Positions 20,740-29,669 of a stretch of DNA of 64,000 nucleotides are shown here, piece by piece. Both the position numbers and the translations under genes were made by a program. Below the pieces are notes generated by a model that was not told the DNA's origin, searched no databases, and saw only the letters and a list, made by a program, of their open reading frames with translations. This stretch comes from an uncultured Pseudomonadales bacterium (GTDB lineage: Bacteria; Patescibacteriota; Microgenomatia; UBA1400; PJMF01), in contig CAZYRN010000001.1 of assembly GCA_964650185.1 (NCBI GenBank), forward strand, positions 46,284 through 110,283, written 5' to 3'. Each line of letters begins with the position of its first letter. Positions within the stretch are counted from its first letter, which is position 1.

Positions 20740-21849
20740 CTACAGATCAGCCTGAATGTAGGTCGGATCTAAGGCTGGTACATAACCCAAAAAGCCATGG
20801 TCACCTGAAAATACATAAATCGGCTGCAAATAAGACTGAGGTAGGTTAGATTCATAATAGCCCAAACTGACTTCTCTAATGACAGCTGTCTCCTGCTGAA
20901 CTACTCCCTGAGGGTCTACTCCCAACTGGGCAACATAACCCGCACCAGATTTGAGGATGTTCCAAGCCTCCTGAGCTGTACGCAGTGGATAAGTCTCAAT
21001 TTGTTCATAATCGATATTTTGATAGGTGTATTCCATCTCCATGACCGCATCCCTGCCTGAGAAACTGCCGCCTAAAATTGCGTGAATGGTGCCTTTGGTT
21101 CCTTCTGGGCCATACATGCGATACTGGCCATCTATGGGTTGTCTATTCAGATCAACTTGAATAAAGTTAGCATCTGAAAAACTCACCGCTTCTGTCAGCT
21201 CACCACCCACCGCTTTGAGATATTTAACTTCACCGGCGACGGTAGCCACATCAGCCGGCAATAGATTGGCTGCTGAAAGATAACCTTTGACTAACTGCAC
21301 CGCACCATACTCATCAGGCAGATTGGTTGCATTTAGCATCTCAGGCCGAGAAAGATAGTTGCTGGAAAGAGTAAAGTTTTGCGAGAAAATATCCATTTCG
21401 AGCTGCATATCTAAGGGTTGCGCCTTTTCCCAGCGATAGGTGTTGCTGTCTAGGATGCGAGGCTCAAAAACGAAGTTGTAGTTAGCGGCAATTTCTCGAG
21501 CCCGCTGGTCAGCCAATAGGCTAGGGGTGGCATTAATCATCAGAAAGACTTTGCTCCGATCAGAAAAGCTGGGCACTGTTCCAGTGGCTGTTTCTAAGAC
21601 ATAACTGCGCGGTCGATCAGACTCATCTTGAACGGGAAAATTGACGGCTGGCAGCTTACCAAAGCCAACCGTAGGAGGAGGAGGCGGTGGCGGATTTACA
21701 GATCTCCAAAAAGCAATAAATGAAGTGAGAAAAATCCTCCCTACTATTAAAGCCACTACTAGAATGCCACCATACTTCACGGCGATTCTAGCCATATGGG
21801 TAGTTTGGGATAAAGTTAGGCCGGTAGTAGAAGGGGGATTATTAGCCAT
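20740..21849 (-). CDS. Hypothetical membrane-anchored protein
   Basis: Single N-terminal TM, poly-Pro, VGFGKLP, LGYYE...YLQPIYVF. Confidence 0.7.
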   Translation of the reverse strand: MANNPPSTTGLTLSQTTHMARIAVKYGGILVVALIVGRIFLTSFIAFWRSVNPPPPPPPTVGFGKLPAVNFPVQDESDRPRSYVLETATGTVPSFSDRSKVFLMINATPSLLADQRAREIAANYNFVFEPRILDSNTYRWEKAQPLDMQLEMDIFSQNFTLSSNYLSRPEMLNATNLPDEYGAVQLVKGYLSAANLLPADVATVAGEVKYLKAVGGELTEAVSFSDANFIQVDLNRQPIDGQYRMYGPEGTKGTIHAILGGSFSGRDAVMEMEYTYQNIDYEQIETYPLRTAQEAWNILKSGAGYVAQLGVDPQGVVQQETAVIREVSLGYYESNLPQSYLQPIYVFSGDHGFLGYVPALDPTYIQADL

Positions 21850-21853
21850 AAGT

Positions 21854-22771
21854 TTATGATACCGAAAAATTCTCCCATCGGTACTGTCTAAATACCCACT
21901 CCATAATTTGCTCTGTATCTACATAACGATTTTGACTACCCAGCAAAACAATAATAATAGCTTTGCCATCTCTTTCTACTTGAGTAATTAAGGCTTCGCC
22001 AGCTAAATCTGTTGTACCGGTTTTAATCCCCACTACATCACTTCTGCCAATTAGCTGATTGGTGTTGTATAAGTTAAAAACAATCCTACCGCTGACATCG
22101 GTAATAATAGATTCTTCTTCATCCACTATGGTTCTGAAAAAATCATCTTTCATAAACTCTCTTGCCAACAGCGATAGCTCAAAAGCGGTCGTCTGATGAT
22201 CAAGTGCATCCAAGCCAGCGGGATTGGTAAATGAGGTTTGAGTTAAATTTAAAGCCTGAGCCTGCTGATTCATCTCCGTCACGAACTGAACGTAACCTTG
22301 CGGGTGGTGCTGGGCTAAAATATTTGCCGCATCATTGCCGGAACTAATCAGTAACGCTTTTAGTAATTCCTTGACAGTAAACTGACTGCCCACCGGAAAT
22401 CCAATCACATGACCAACTGAAGCTGAGCCGCTGCTAACAGTCATTATTTGATCTAGATCATAGTTCTTTCTGGCCACTAACGCTGTCATCAACTTAGTGG
22501 TTGAAGCTGGAGAAATAGGTTCATGAGCATGACGCTGGAGTAAAATACTGGCTGATTCAACGTCGATAACCGCAATAGAACGGGCAGAAACCGTCGCTAA
22601 GAGTTCTTCATCGCTCAAATCATCTGCCACCGCCACAGGTATGGGAGCAACTGCTTTTAAATTGACTGGAGTGCTGAGTTGCTGCAGCGGTACTGCAATG
22701 GCCACTGGGGTCATTAACACTATGGAAAATACTATCACTGCTAAATACTGATCAACTCTAAGCCTTGGCAC
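21854..22771 (-). CDS. D-alanyl-D-alanine carboxypeptidase (peptidase S11)
   Basis: ASTTK (SxxK), SGNDAA (SxN), KTG. Confidence 0.92.
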   Translation of the reverse strand: MPRLRVDQYLAVIVFSIVLMTPVAIAVPLQQLSTPVNLKAVAPIPVAVADDLSDEELLATVSARSIAVIDVESASILLQRHAHEPISPASTTKLMTALVARKNYDLDQIMTVSSGSASVGHVIGFPVGSQFTVKELLKALLISSGNDAANILAQHHPQGYVQFVTEMNQQAQALNLTQTSFTNPAGLDALDHQTTAFELSLLAREFMKDDFFRTIVDEEESIITDVSGRIVFNLYNTNQLIGRSDVVGIKTGTTDLAGEALITQVERDGKAIIIVLLGSQNRYVDTEQIMEWVFRQYRWENFSVS

Positions 22772-22790
22772 AGCCTTATTTTAGTAAAAA

Positions 22791-24203
22791 TTACTCTTTA
22801 TTGATACTGGGTTTAATCTGCAAACCGAGCTCGTCTAGTTGTTCTTCAGCCACTGTTGAAGGTGCATCCATGACCGCTGTTCGGCCAGTTGATGTCATCG
22901 GGAAAGCAATTGACTCTTTAATCGATGTTTCTTGAGCCAGCACCATCACGTGACGATCCAGACCTAGGGCTATGCCGCCATGAGGGGGTGTTCCCACAGC
23001 AAATGCTTCTAACATATGACCAATGTTGGCTTCAATTTCCTCATCTGAGTAACCCATAATACGGAATGTTTGTCTCAGCACCTCTGGTTGATGGGCTCGA
23101 ATGCTGCCTCCGCCGACTTCATAGCCGTTACAGACCAGGTCATATTGCGTTGATAGTATCTGGTCAATGTTTTCACCTGCCAGATGATCTGCTAAAAACT
23201 CTGCTTTAGGCTGACTAAAAGGATTATGGGTGAAGGTCCAGCCACTGCGGCCATCAGCTACTTCAGCAGCATCACTGCGATCTACTTTTTTGAAGAAAGG
23301 AAAATCAACTACCCACGCAAAAGCCAATAAGCCCTGTTTCTTTTCGTCCTCAGTCCGAAAGTCAAACTTATCAGCTCCAAATTTTTCAATTGCTTCCTGG
23401 TAGGTAAATACGGGAAACTGCTGATCCTTAAGCTGGCCTCCGACAGTGGTGACGGCTTCTTTAACCATCTCCTCTACCGTCTGCATCACTTCTTCTCGAG
23501 ATACAAAGCTCATTTCTAAGTCGACTTGAGTATGTTCAAAACCGCGATCGGCTCGTAGATCCTCATCTCTGATGCAGCGGGCAAATTGAAAATACCGCTC
23601 AACCCCAGCTGTCATCAAGAGTTGTTTATACTGTTGTGGGCTCTGCGGTAGAGCATAAAACTTGCCGTGCTGAAAACGTGACGGCACAATAAAATCTCTC
23701 GCCCCTTCTTTGGTGGATTTTGTCAACAAAGGCGTCTCCACTTCCACAAATTCTCGTTTGTATAAAGCTTCACGCAAGGCACGAGAATAATCGGAACGAA
23801 GTTTCAGATTCTGTCTCATTCTGGAGCGACGTAAATCTAGATAGCGATATTTAAGCCGAGGTTCTTCACCAATCTCATAGCCATCACTATCTAGTTGAAT
23901 TGGTAATTCCTTGGATTTGTTGAGCACCTCATATTCAGCTACTTCAATTTCGACAGTGCCAGTGGCTAAATCAGGATTGATATTTCGCTCTGACCGATCT
24001 TTAACTAAACCAGTAATTTTTACTACCGATTCAACCGTCAACTCGCCCAGCATATTGACCCCCACACACTGTATTAAAGAAGTCCGATCTCTCAAATCAA
24101 TAAAAGTCACTTTGCCATGATCGCGCTTACTATCCACCCAGCCCATAACCGTGACGGTCTGGCCCGATAATGTAGGTGTATCAATAATCATGGTTCGTTT
24201 CAT
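22791..24203 (-). CDS. aspS: Aspartate--tRNA ligase, short form without GAD domain
   Basis: RDHGK, RYLDLRR, EGARDF, LPQSPQQYKQ, RDEDLRADR, GGGSIR, PPHGGIALGLDR. Confidence 0.97.
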   Translation of the reverse strand: MKRTMIIDTPTLSGQTVTVMGWVDSKRDHGKVTFIDLRDRTSLIQCVGVNMLGELTVESVVKITGLVKDRSERNINPDLATGTVEIEVAEYEVLNKSKELPIQLDSDGYEIGEEPRLKYRYLDLRRSRMRQNLKLRSDYSRALREALYKREFVEVETPLLTKSTKEGARDFIVPSRFQHGKFYALPQSPQQYKQLLMTAGVERYFQFARCIRDEDLRADRGFEHTQVDLEMSFVSREEVMQTVEEMVKEAVTTVGGQLKDQQFPVFTYQEAIEKFGADKFDFRTEDEKKQGLLAFAWVVDFPFFKKVDRSDAAEVADGRSGWTFTHNPFSQPKAEFLADHLAGENIDQILSTQYDLVCNGYEVGGGSIRAHQPEVLRQTFRIMGYSDEEIEANIGHMLEAFAVGTPPHGGIALGLDRHVMVLAQETSIKESIAFPMTSTGRTAVMDAPSTVAEEQLDELGLQIKPSINKE

Positions 24204-24228
24204 CTAGCTCCTTAAATATATTTATAGC

Positions 24229-24274
24229 AAAAAACCCTCTTTCAACCACCCGCAGATGATCAAAAGAGGGTTTT
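24229..24274 (-). terminator. Intrinsic terminator (attenuator) of the aspS T-box
   Basis: AAAACCCUCUUU...AAAGAGGGUUUUUU hairpin with U tract. Confidence 0.85.
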
Positions 24275-24399
24275 AAATAAACGGTGCCACCTCTAATTTA
24301 ACTTCATTCCAGCTGTGATGGGCTTACCCAGCTTGGTTGCGACCCCAAGCAGCTCTCTCTAAGTCGAGAATTACCCGCTGTCAACGGATTCTAGAGCTG
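24229..24399 (-). promoter_or_regulatory. T-box riboswitch (Asp) in the aspS leader
   Basis: Antiterminator AGAGG-UGGCACC-GUUU/AAAC-CCUCU, overlapping terminator, Stem I CAGCUCU...AGAGCUG containing GAC, Stem II GCUUGG/CCAAGC. Confidence 0.88.
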
Positions 24400-24415
24400 T
24401 TTTTTTTCTGGTGTA

Positions 24416-24444
24416 ATCGTAACATAGCAATTTTTACTTGACAA
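24416..24444 (-). promoter_or_regulatory. Sigma70-type promoter of the aspS leader
   Basis: TTGTCA-17 bp-TACGAT with TG extension; predicted start about 10 nt before Stem I. Confidence 0.65.
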
Positions 24445-24465
24445 GCTTAGAGAACTTAGTAAACT
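24438..24465 (+). promoter_or_regulatory. Sigma70-type promoter for the ORF at 24491
   Basis: TTGACA-16 bp-TAAACT; its -35 overlaps the -35 of the aspS promoter. Confidence 0.55.
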
Positions 24466-24490
24466 GCACCAAAAGTAGAATGAAATTATT

Positions 24491-25549
24491 ATGGACAGAA
24501 AATTTATCCCATCTACACCATTGGACAGAGTTTTCTTAGGCAATGGCAATGGTCAAACTATTACTAATCATGAGGTGCCACGATATCCAGAATATGATCT
24601 AGTTACATCTCCAAGTGAAATTAATCCTAGAAGTTTTGCTAAATCAGTTGAAACTTGGAACTCTTCTCGAATTCGAATATTAATGAAATTAGCTAGCTCC
24701 TGTTTAAATAATATTGACCCCAACACATATGCTTTGGTTTTAACCGGCTCTGATGCTCGAAGAGAGAAAGGGCCATACTCTCCATTTGAATTATTGGTTA
24801 TTGCTTCAGACAAAGGTGTTGCTGAATACATTAGGTCAACCATATTTACCAATTTATGTAAGAGAAATAGACGTAATTTATGGAATGAAATTGATCCAGA
24901 TATAGAAATAAAGATTATTGGAAAACAGAGAAAACATGATGAATATATCTCTGGATACTTAGGAGATAAGCTTCATCCATGGCCAGACAGAGTTTTAGCT
25001 GGTCAAATATTAGCTGGAAATCCAGACTTTCTACAAGAAGCAAGGTTGTCAACTGTTGATGAATTTATTCATTCAAGTTCTATTAGAAGAAGAATTAGAA
25101 GGAGACTTAGCGGTCTAATTCGCATTGTAGAGACAGGAGGTTTGAGAAATGAGCAAACACCCCGTCTCCATTTCGATGAAGAAATACTTTATTTTAATCC
25201 TGATCAATATGTTTTAGGTTTTAAACATAATATTATGAGACTTATTCAGGTAATTACTACTCTTCGACAATTAGAGTCTGAGGATTCAATTACTTCTAGA
25301 TTGGCCGTTGATACAAACACTATTAATAGACTTTCAGAGTTATTTGGTTCAGTAGCTCCCAGTTTATTAGAGGCTACTGCCGATGCCTATGCACTAGCAT
25401 TATGGTCATATCATGTTCAGCAGTGGAGGTATCAAAAGTATGAACAATCTAGCGAAGCTGCTTCTTTATATTTAGGAAAGAATCTTATTAAAATTGTGAC
25501 ATCGACGGTGTTATTTTTTGCAAATGAGGTGAGATCAACTGAGTTTTAG
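24491..25549 (+). CDS. Putative nucleotidyltransferase-fold protein (GlnD/DUF294-like)
   Basis: ALVLTGSDARREKGPYSPFELLV; C-terminal GFKHNIMRLIQ. Confidence 0.55.
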   Translation: MDRKFIPSTPLDRVFLGNGNGQTITNHEVPRYPEYDLVTSPSEINPRSFAKSVETWNSSRIRILMKLASSCLNNIDPNTYALVLTGSDARREKGPYSPFELLVIASDKGVAEYIRSTIFTNLCKRNRRNLWNEIDPDIEIKIIGKQRKHDEYISGYLGDKLHPWPDRVLAGQILAGNPDFLQEARLSTVDEFIHSSSIRRRIRRRLSGLIRIVETGGLRNEQTPRLHFDEEILYFNPDQYVLGFKHNIMRLIQVITTLRQLESEDSITSRLAVDTNTINRLSELFGSVAPSLLEATADAYALALWSYHVQQWRYQKYEQSSEAASLYLGKNLIKIVTSTVLFFANEVRSTEF

Positions 25550-25564
25550 ACGAGGTAATATCAA

Positions 25565-27211
25565 TTATTTCTTTAGTTGATGAAGAATATCTACCACCCT
25601 CACTTGCAGAGATGTTCGATGACGCCACTCATTAATCTCTAGGACGCCAGCGATATCAACCTTATCTCCAGCCGACAGTTTTTGAGCCAACTCTCCTTTT
25701 CTCCAAGCTAAAAAGTTAATGGGCTGGACACTCTCGCCCACTCGACCTACCAACTTTAAGTGCTGCTTTTCCTTACCAACAGTCATCACTTCTAATAACT
25801 CAACCTCTTTGATCCCGAAAACTGGTTCTGGATTGCCGCTGCCAAATGGAGCCAGCCGCTGCACGGCATCCGCGGTAGCTAGAGTCAGCAGCTCTTCTGG
25901 CAAAACTATGTCAACCTCAAGTGATGGCTGAAGCAGACTTTGATCTATCTGCTCTTTAGCTAACTGCCTTAATTTAGTCGTTACTAGCTCTAATTTAGTT
26001 GTTTCAAAACCAAATCCCGCTGCCATGGGATGACCGCCAACTTCCAATAATTCTGCTTTAACCTGTCTAATTAACTCAATGATATTTACCCCAGGAATTG
26101 ATCTGGCTGAAGCTTTAACAGTTTTCTCACTAATACTCATCGCAATCGCTGGTTTATAAAACCTTTCAACTAAACGGCCGGCAATTAAACCAATCACACC
26201 CTCATGGTAATCCGCTGAAGCTGCGATAATAAGATGTTCTTCTCGCCACTCTTGACTATTTGACAGGGCATCAGCCATCATTTCATAGGTTAATTCTTGG
26301 CGCTGATTGTTAGTACTGCCCAGCAGCTCTGCCAATTCTGCTGCCCGACCAGCATTATTTGTCAAAACAAGTCTGAGAGCATCTAGACTATGACCCAGTC
26401 TACCCATTGCATTAATGCGTGGTGCAATAGCGTAACCGACAGTCTGACTAGTGATATCTTTTTGATTAATTCCGGCTTGACTCAACAATGCCAACAAGCC
26501 AGGTTTTTTGGACTTTTGCAGTTGGGCAAGACCATGATAAGCAAAACTACGATTAGCAGCTTTTAATAAAACCTGATCGGCAATGGTAGCAATGCCAGTC
26601 AAATCCAACTGATCATTAATATTTTGATCGAAGCTCCTTGCAAGCTGGTTGGCTAACATCCACGCCACGGTTGTGCCACATAATTGATCGGTATGAACAA
26701 CTGCTAAAGCCAGCGGTAGTTCTGCTTCAGGCTGATGATGATCAGTAATAATTAAATCAATGCCGGCGGCAGCGATTTGCTGAGCATGTTCGTGAGCAAC
26801 GATGCCATTATCAACCGTAATAATTAAGCGAGGCTGTTGAACAGCTAGTAAATCTGTTAAGGCGGCGGCTGATAAGCCATAACCATGCTTTTCCCGATGT
26901 GGAATAAAAGGCACAGCTTTGGCCTTTAATCGATAAAGAGTTTGCCATAAGACGGCTGTAGCACAAACACCATCCGCATCATAATCACCAAAAACAACAA
27001 TTTCCTCTTCATTTTTGATGGCCTGCTTAATCCGCTTTAGCGCCGTTTGTAGCTGCTGCTCATCCAATCCGACAGAGGTCAAACTTATTTTACTAGGATG
27101 GACAGGCTGAAAAAAATCATCTTCCTGATCTAATTCACGATTTTTCAGCAAAATAGTCATCAGCTCATCTAGGTGCTTTGGGACTTGCTCAGTTCTAATC
27201 TTCCAGTTCAT
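25565..27211 (-). CDS. recJ: Single-stranded-DNA exonuclease RecJ
   Basis: FGDYDADG, TVDNG, TDHH, APRINAMGR, GGHPMAAG, PFGSGNPEP; ATG 27211 preferred as start. Confidence 0.97.
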   Translation of the reverse strand: MNWKIRTEQVPKHLDELMTILLKNRELDQEDDFFQPVHPSKISLTSVGLDEQQLQTALKRIKQAIKNEEEIVVFGDYDADGVCATAVLWQTLYRLKAKAVPFIPHREKHGYGLSAAALTDLLAVQQPRLIITVDNGIVAHEHAQQIAAAGIDLIITDHHQPEAELPLALAVVHTDQLCGTTVAWMLANQLARSFDQNINDQLDLTGIATIADQVLLKAANRSFAYHGLAQLQKSKKPGLLALLSQAGINQKDITSQTVGYAIAPRINAMGRLGHSLDALRLVLTNNAGRAAELAELLGSTNNQRQELTYEMMADALSNSQEWREEHLIIAASADYHEGVIGLIAGRLVERFYKPAIAMSISEKTVKASARSIPGVNIIELIRQVKAELLEVGGHPMAAGFGFETTKLELVTTKLRQLAKEQIDQSLLQPSLEVDIVLPEELLTLATADAVQRLAPFGSGNPEPVFGIKEVELLEVMTVGKEKQHLKLVGRVGESVQPINFLAWRKGELAQKLSAGDKVDIAGVLEINEWRHRTSLQVRVVDILHQLKK

Positions 27212-27237
27212 GATGATGACAGTATAATAGAACTCGT

Positions 27238-28749
27238 ATGTCATTAAAACTAAGGCCTGAAGTTGAGTACATTTTAACGACCTTGCATCAAGCTGGCTAT
27301 GAAGTATTTCTAGTCGGCGGAGCAGTCAGAGATTTGCTGTTGGATAAAGACTTTAAAGATTACGACTTTACGACCAATGCCCGTCCAGAACAAATTAAAG
27401 AGCTTTTTCCGGAAAGCTACTATGAGAATGAGTTTGGCACCGTTTCCATTACTCATCCAGAACTTTTAAAACAAATGGGGGTTGATGAAGAAGCAGTGGG
27501 GTTAGCTCGGGTCGATGCTAAATCTGACTCCACTTTAATTGATCTAGCTCAAGCCAGCAAGATTCATCACTCGCTTCAAGTGCCTGAAGAATTGAAAACA
27601 GCTACTAACTCAATTGCTGTTGATCATGAGAACGCTTATCAATACTTTCCTGACTTTGAGATTACTACCTATCGTTCTCAAGAGATCTACGAAGATTTTC
27701 GTCATCCCGACCCAACCCAACTAGAATGGGGTGAATCAATTGAGGAAGATTTAGCCAGAAGAGACTTTACCATTAATGCCCTAGCTCTTAATCTTCAGGG
27801 TGAAATTATTGATCCTTATCAAGGACAAGCAGATTTAGAGGCTAAACTGATTAAAACAGTTGGTGAACCCGACGAGCGCTTTAAAGAAGATGCTTTGAGA
27901 ATGCTCAGGGCGATCCGTTTTTCTGTTCAGCTAGGATTTGTTATCGATCCAGCCGTACTTCAGTCAATTAAAGCACATAGTCATTTAGTTGCTAAGATAA
28001 GCTCAGAAAGAATTAGAGATGAATTTTTTAAGATACTCAGCAGTTCACAACCAAAAGCTGGTTTGCAGCTGCTTGATGAAACGGGCTTGTTATCTGAATT
28101 CTTGCATGAACTAGCAGCTACAAAGTGAGTTGATCAGGGCGGTCATCATACTACTGATGTCTGTACTCATAGCGTGGATGCCTTAGCCAACTGCCCAAGC
28201 TCAGATCCGATTGTAAAACTGGCCACCTTGCTTCATGACATTGGTAAACCAGCTACTTATCAACTGAGAAATGGTGAGATCACTTTTTATAATCATGAAA
28301 TTGTTGGATCGAGGATCGCGGATCGCATTGGTCAACGATTGCACTTATCAAAGAGAGAGCTACGGCGGCTGTTTATCTTAGTCAGGCATCATATGTTCTA
28401 CTACCAGCCCGAAAACAGTGATGCAGCCATTCGCCGATTTATGACCCGAGTTGGTTTAGAAAATATTGATGATATTTTAGCCTTACGAGAAGGTGACCGG
28501 CTGGGCAGCGGAGTTAGAAAAACCAGCTGGAGATTAGAGGAAATGAAAGAACGGATCGTTGGTCAGCTCAACCAGCCTATGGCTGTGACTGATCTAGCAA
28601 TTTCTGGTCATGATTTAATGGCTCAGTTTGATCTAAAACCCGGCCCTTGGATTGGCGCAGTTTTAGATAAATTATTAGAGGAAGTGCTAGACAATCCTGA
28701 GTTAAATACTAAAGAACAGTTGCTAAAACTAGCTCAAGAGCTAGTTTAG
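27238..28749 (+). pseudogene. cca: CCA tRNA nucleotidyltransferase with HD domain, interrupted by an in-frame TGA at 28126-28128 (real nonsense or sequence error)
   Basis: LVGGAVRD, DYDF, DLARRDFTINA, EDALRMLRA, ERIRDE; after the stop VDQGGHHTTDV...LLHDIGKP continues in the same frame. Confidence 0.85.
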
Positions 28750-28766
28750 TTTTTCAATGAAATATA

Positions 28767-29669
28767 CTAATGTTGGCGCCGGCGGCGAGATTTGATTTTT
28801 TGAGCTAACTCATCCCAAAACAGCAGTAACGGGGCGGCAATAAATGTGGAAGAGTAAGTGCCAGTTATGGCGCCAATTAATAACGCCACCGCAAACCACC
28901 GAATGGTATCTCCGCCTAACAAAGACAAAGCCACGAGCATGATAATAATTGTGACCGAGTTATTAATGGAACGACTAAGTGTTTCTATGACCGCCGCATC
29001 GACTACCGTTTCAGTTTCAACTTTGACATGTTTGCGTTTCAACTCTCTAATTCGATCAAAAACAACAATTGTGTCATGAACTGAAAACGACAGAGTTGTT
29101 AAAAGAGCTGTCACAAATAAAATATCTACCTCGATACCGGCAAACCAGCCCAACAGACTGAAAATGCCTAATAAAATCAGCGAGTCATGGAACATAGCAA
29201 GAATGGCTGCGACACCAAACTTAATCTCATCAAACTGCGTCCAGACATAAATCATTATGAGAGTGGCGGCAATTGCGACCGCCATTAAAGTTTTCATCAA
29301 CAGCTCCCGTCCCAAAGCAGGCCCAACAGTTTCAAATCTCAGCTCTTCCACCTCGCCATACTTAGTGGTAATGCTTTCCATGACGAGATTCTTTTGTTCA
29401 TTTGGCATCTCCTTACCTTTTAAAATCAGTTGATTTGAACCAGATTGCTGGACTGAATCCAGCTGATAAACATCATTTAAAACCGCTTTTAATTCGTCTT
29501 GTGTAAGCTGAACATCTTCATCAACTTGAATAAATCTTACCTCTAACAGAGAGCCGCCGGTAAAATCTATCGCTGGCTTAAGACCAAATAAAATTAGCGA
29601 AACTAGACCCGGGATGATAAAGAGCAGTGAAATACCAACATACAGCCACCGCCACTTCATTAAATTCAT
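28767..29669 (-). CDS. secF: Protein translocase subunit SecF
   Basis: IDFTGGS, ETVGPALG, HDTIVVFDRIRE, GTYSS. Confidence 0.96.
   Translation of the reverse strand: MNLMKWRWLYVGISLLFIIPGLVSLILFGLKPAIDFTGGSLLEVRFIQVDEDVQLTQDELKAVLNDVYQLDSVQQSGSNQLILKGKEMPNEQKNLVMESITTKYGEVEELRFETVGPALGRELLMKTLMAVAIAATLIMIYVWTQFDEIKFGVAAILAMFHDSLILLGIFSLLGWFAGIEVDILFVTALLTTLSFSVHDTIVVFDRIRELKRKHVKVETETVVDAAVIETLSRSINNSVTIIIMLVALSLLGGDTIRWFAVALLIGAITGTYSSTFIAAPLLLFWDELAQKIKSRRRRQH

Noticed and set aside
21673-21693. GGA-rich repeat as a strong SD or contingency locus
   Set aside because: It simply encodes the poly-proline tract of ORF 20740-21849 on the minus strand.
28126-28128. TGA=Gly recoding (genetic code 25), suggested by TGA at a Gly position in cca
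   Set aside because: TGA ends several genes here in ATGA overlaps (5374, 29666, 36684, 40652), long genes are intact under code 11, and the other interruptions are TAG and TAA.
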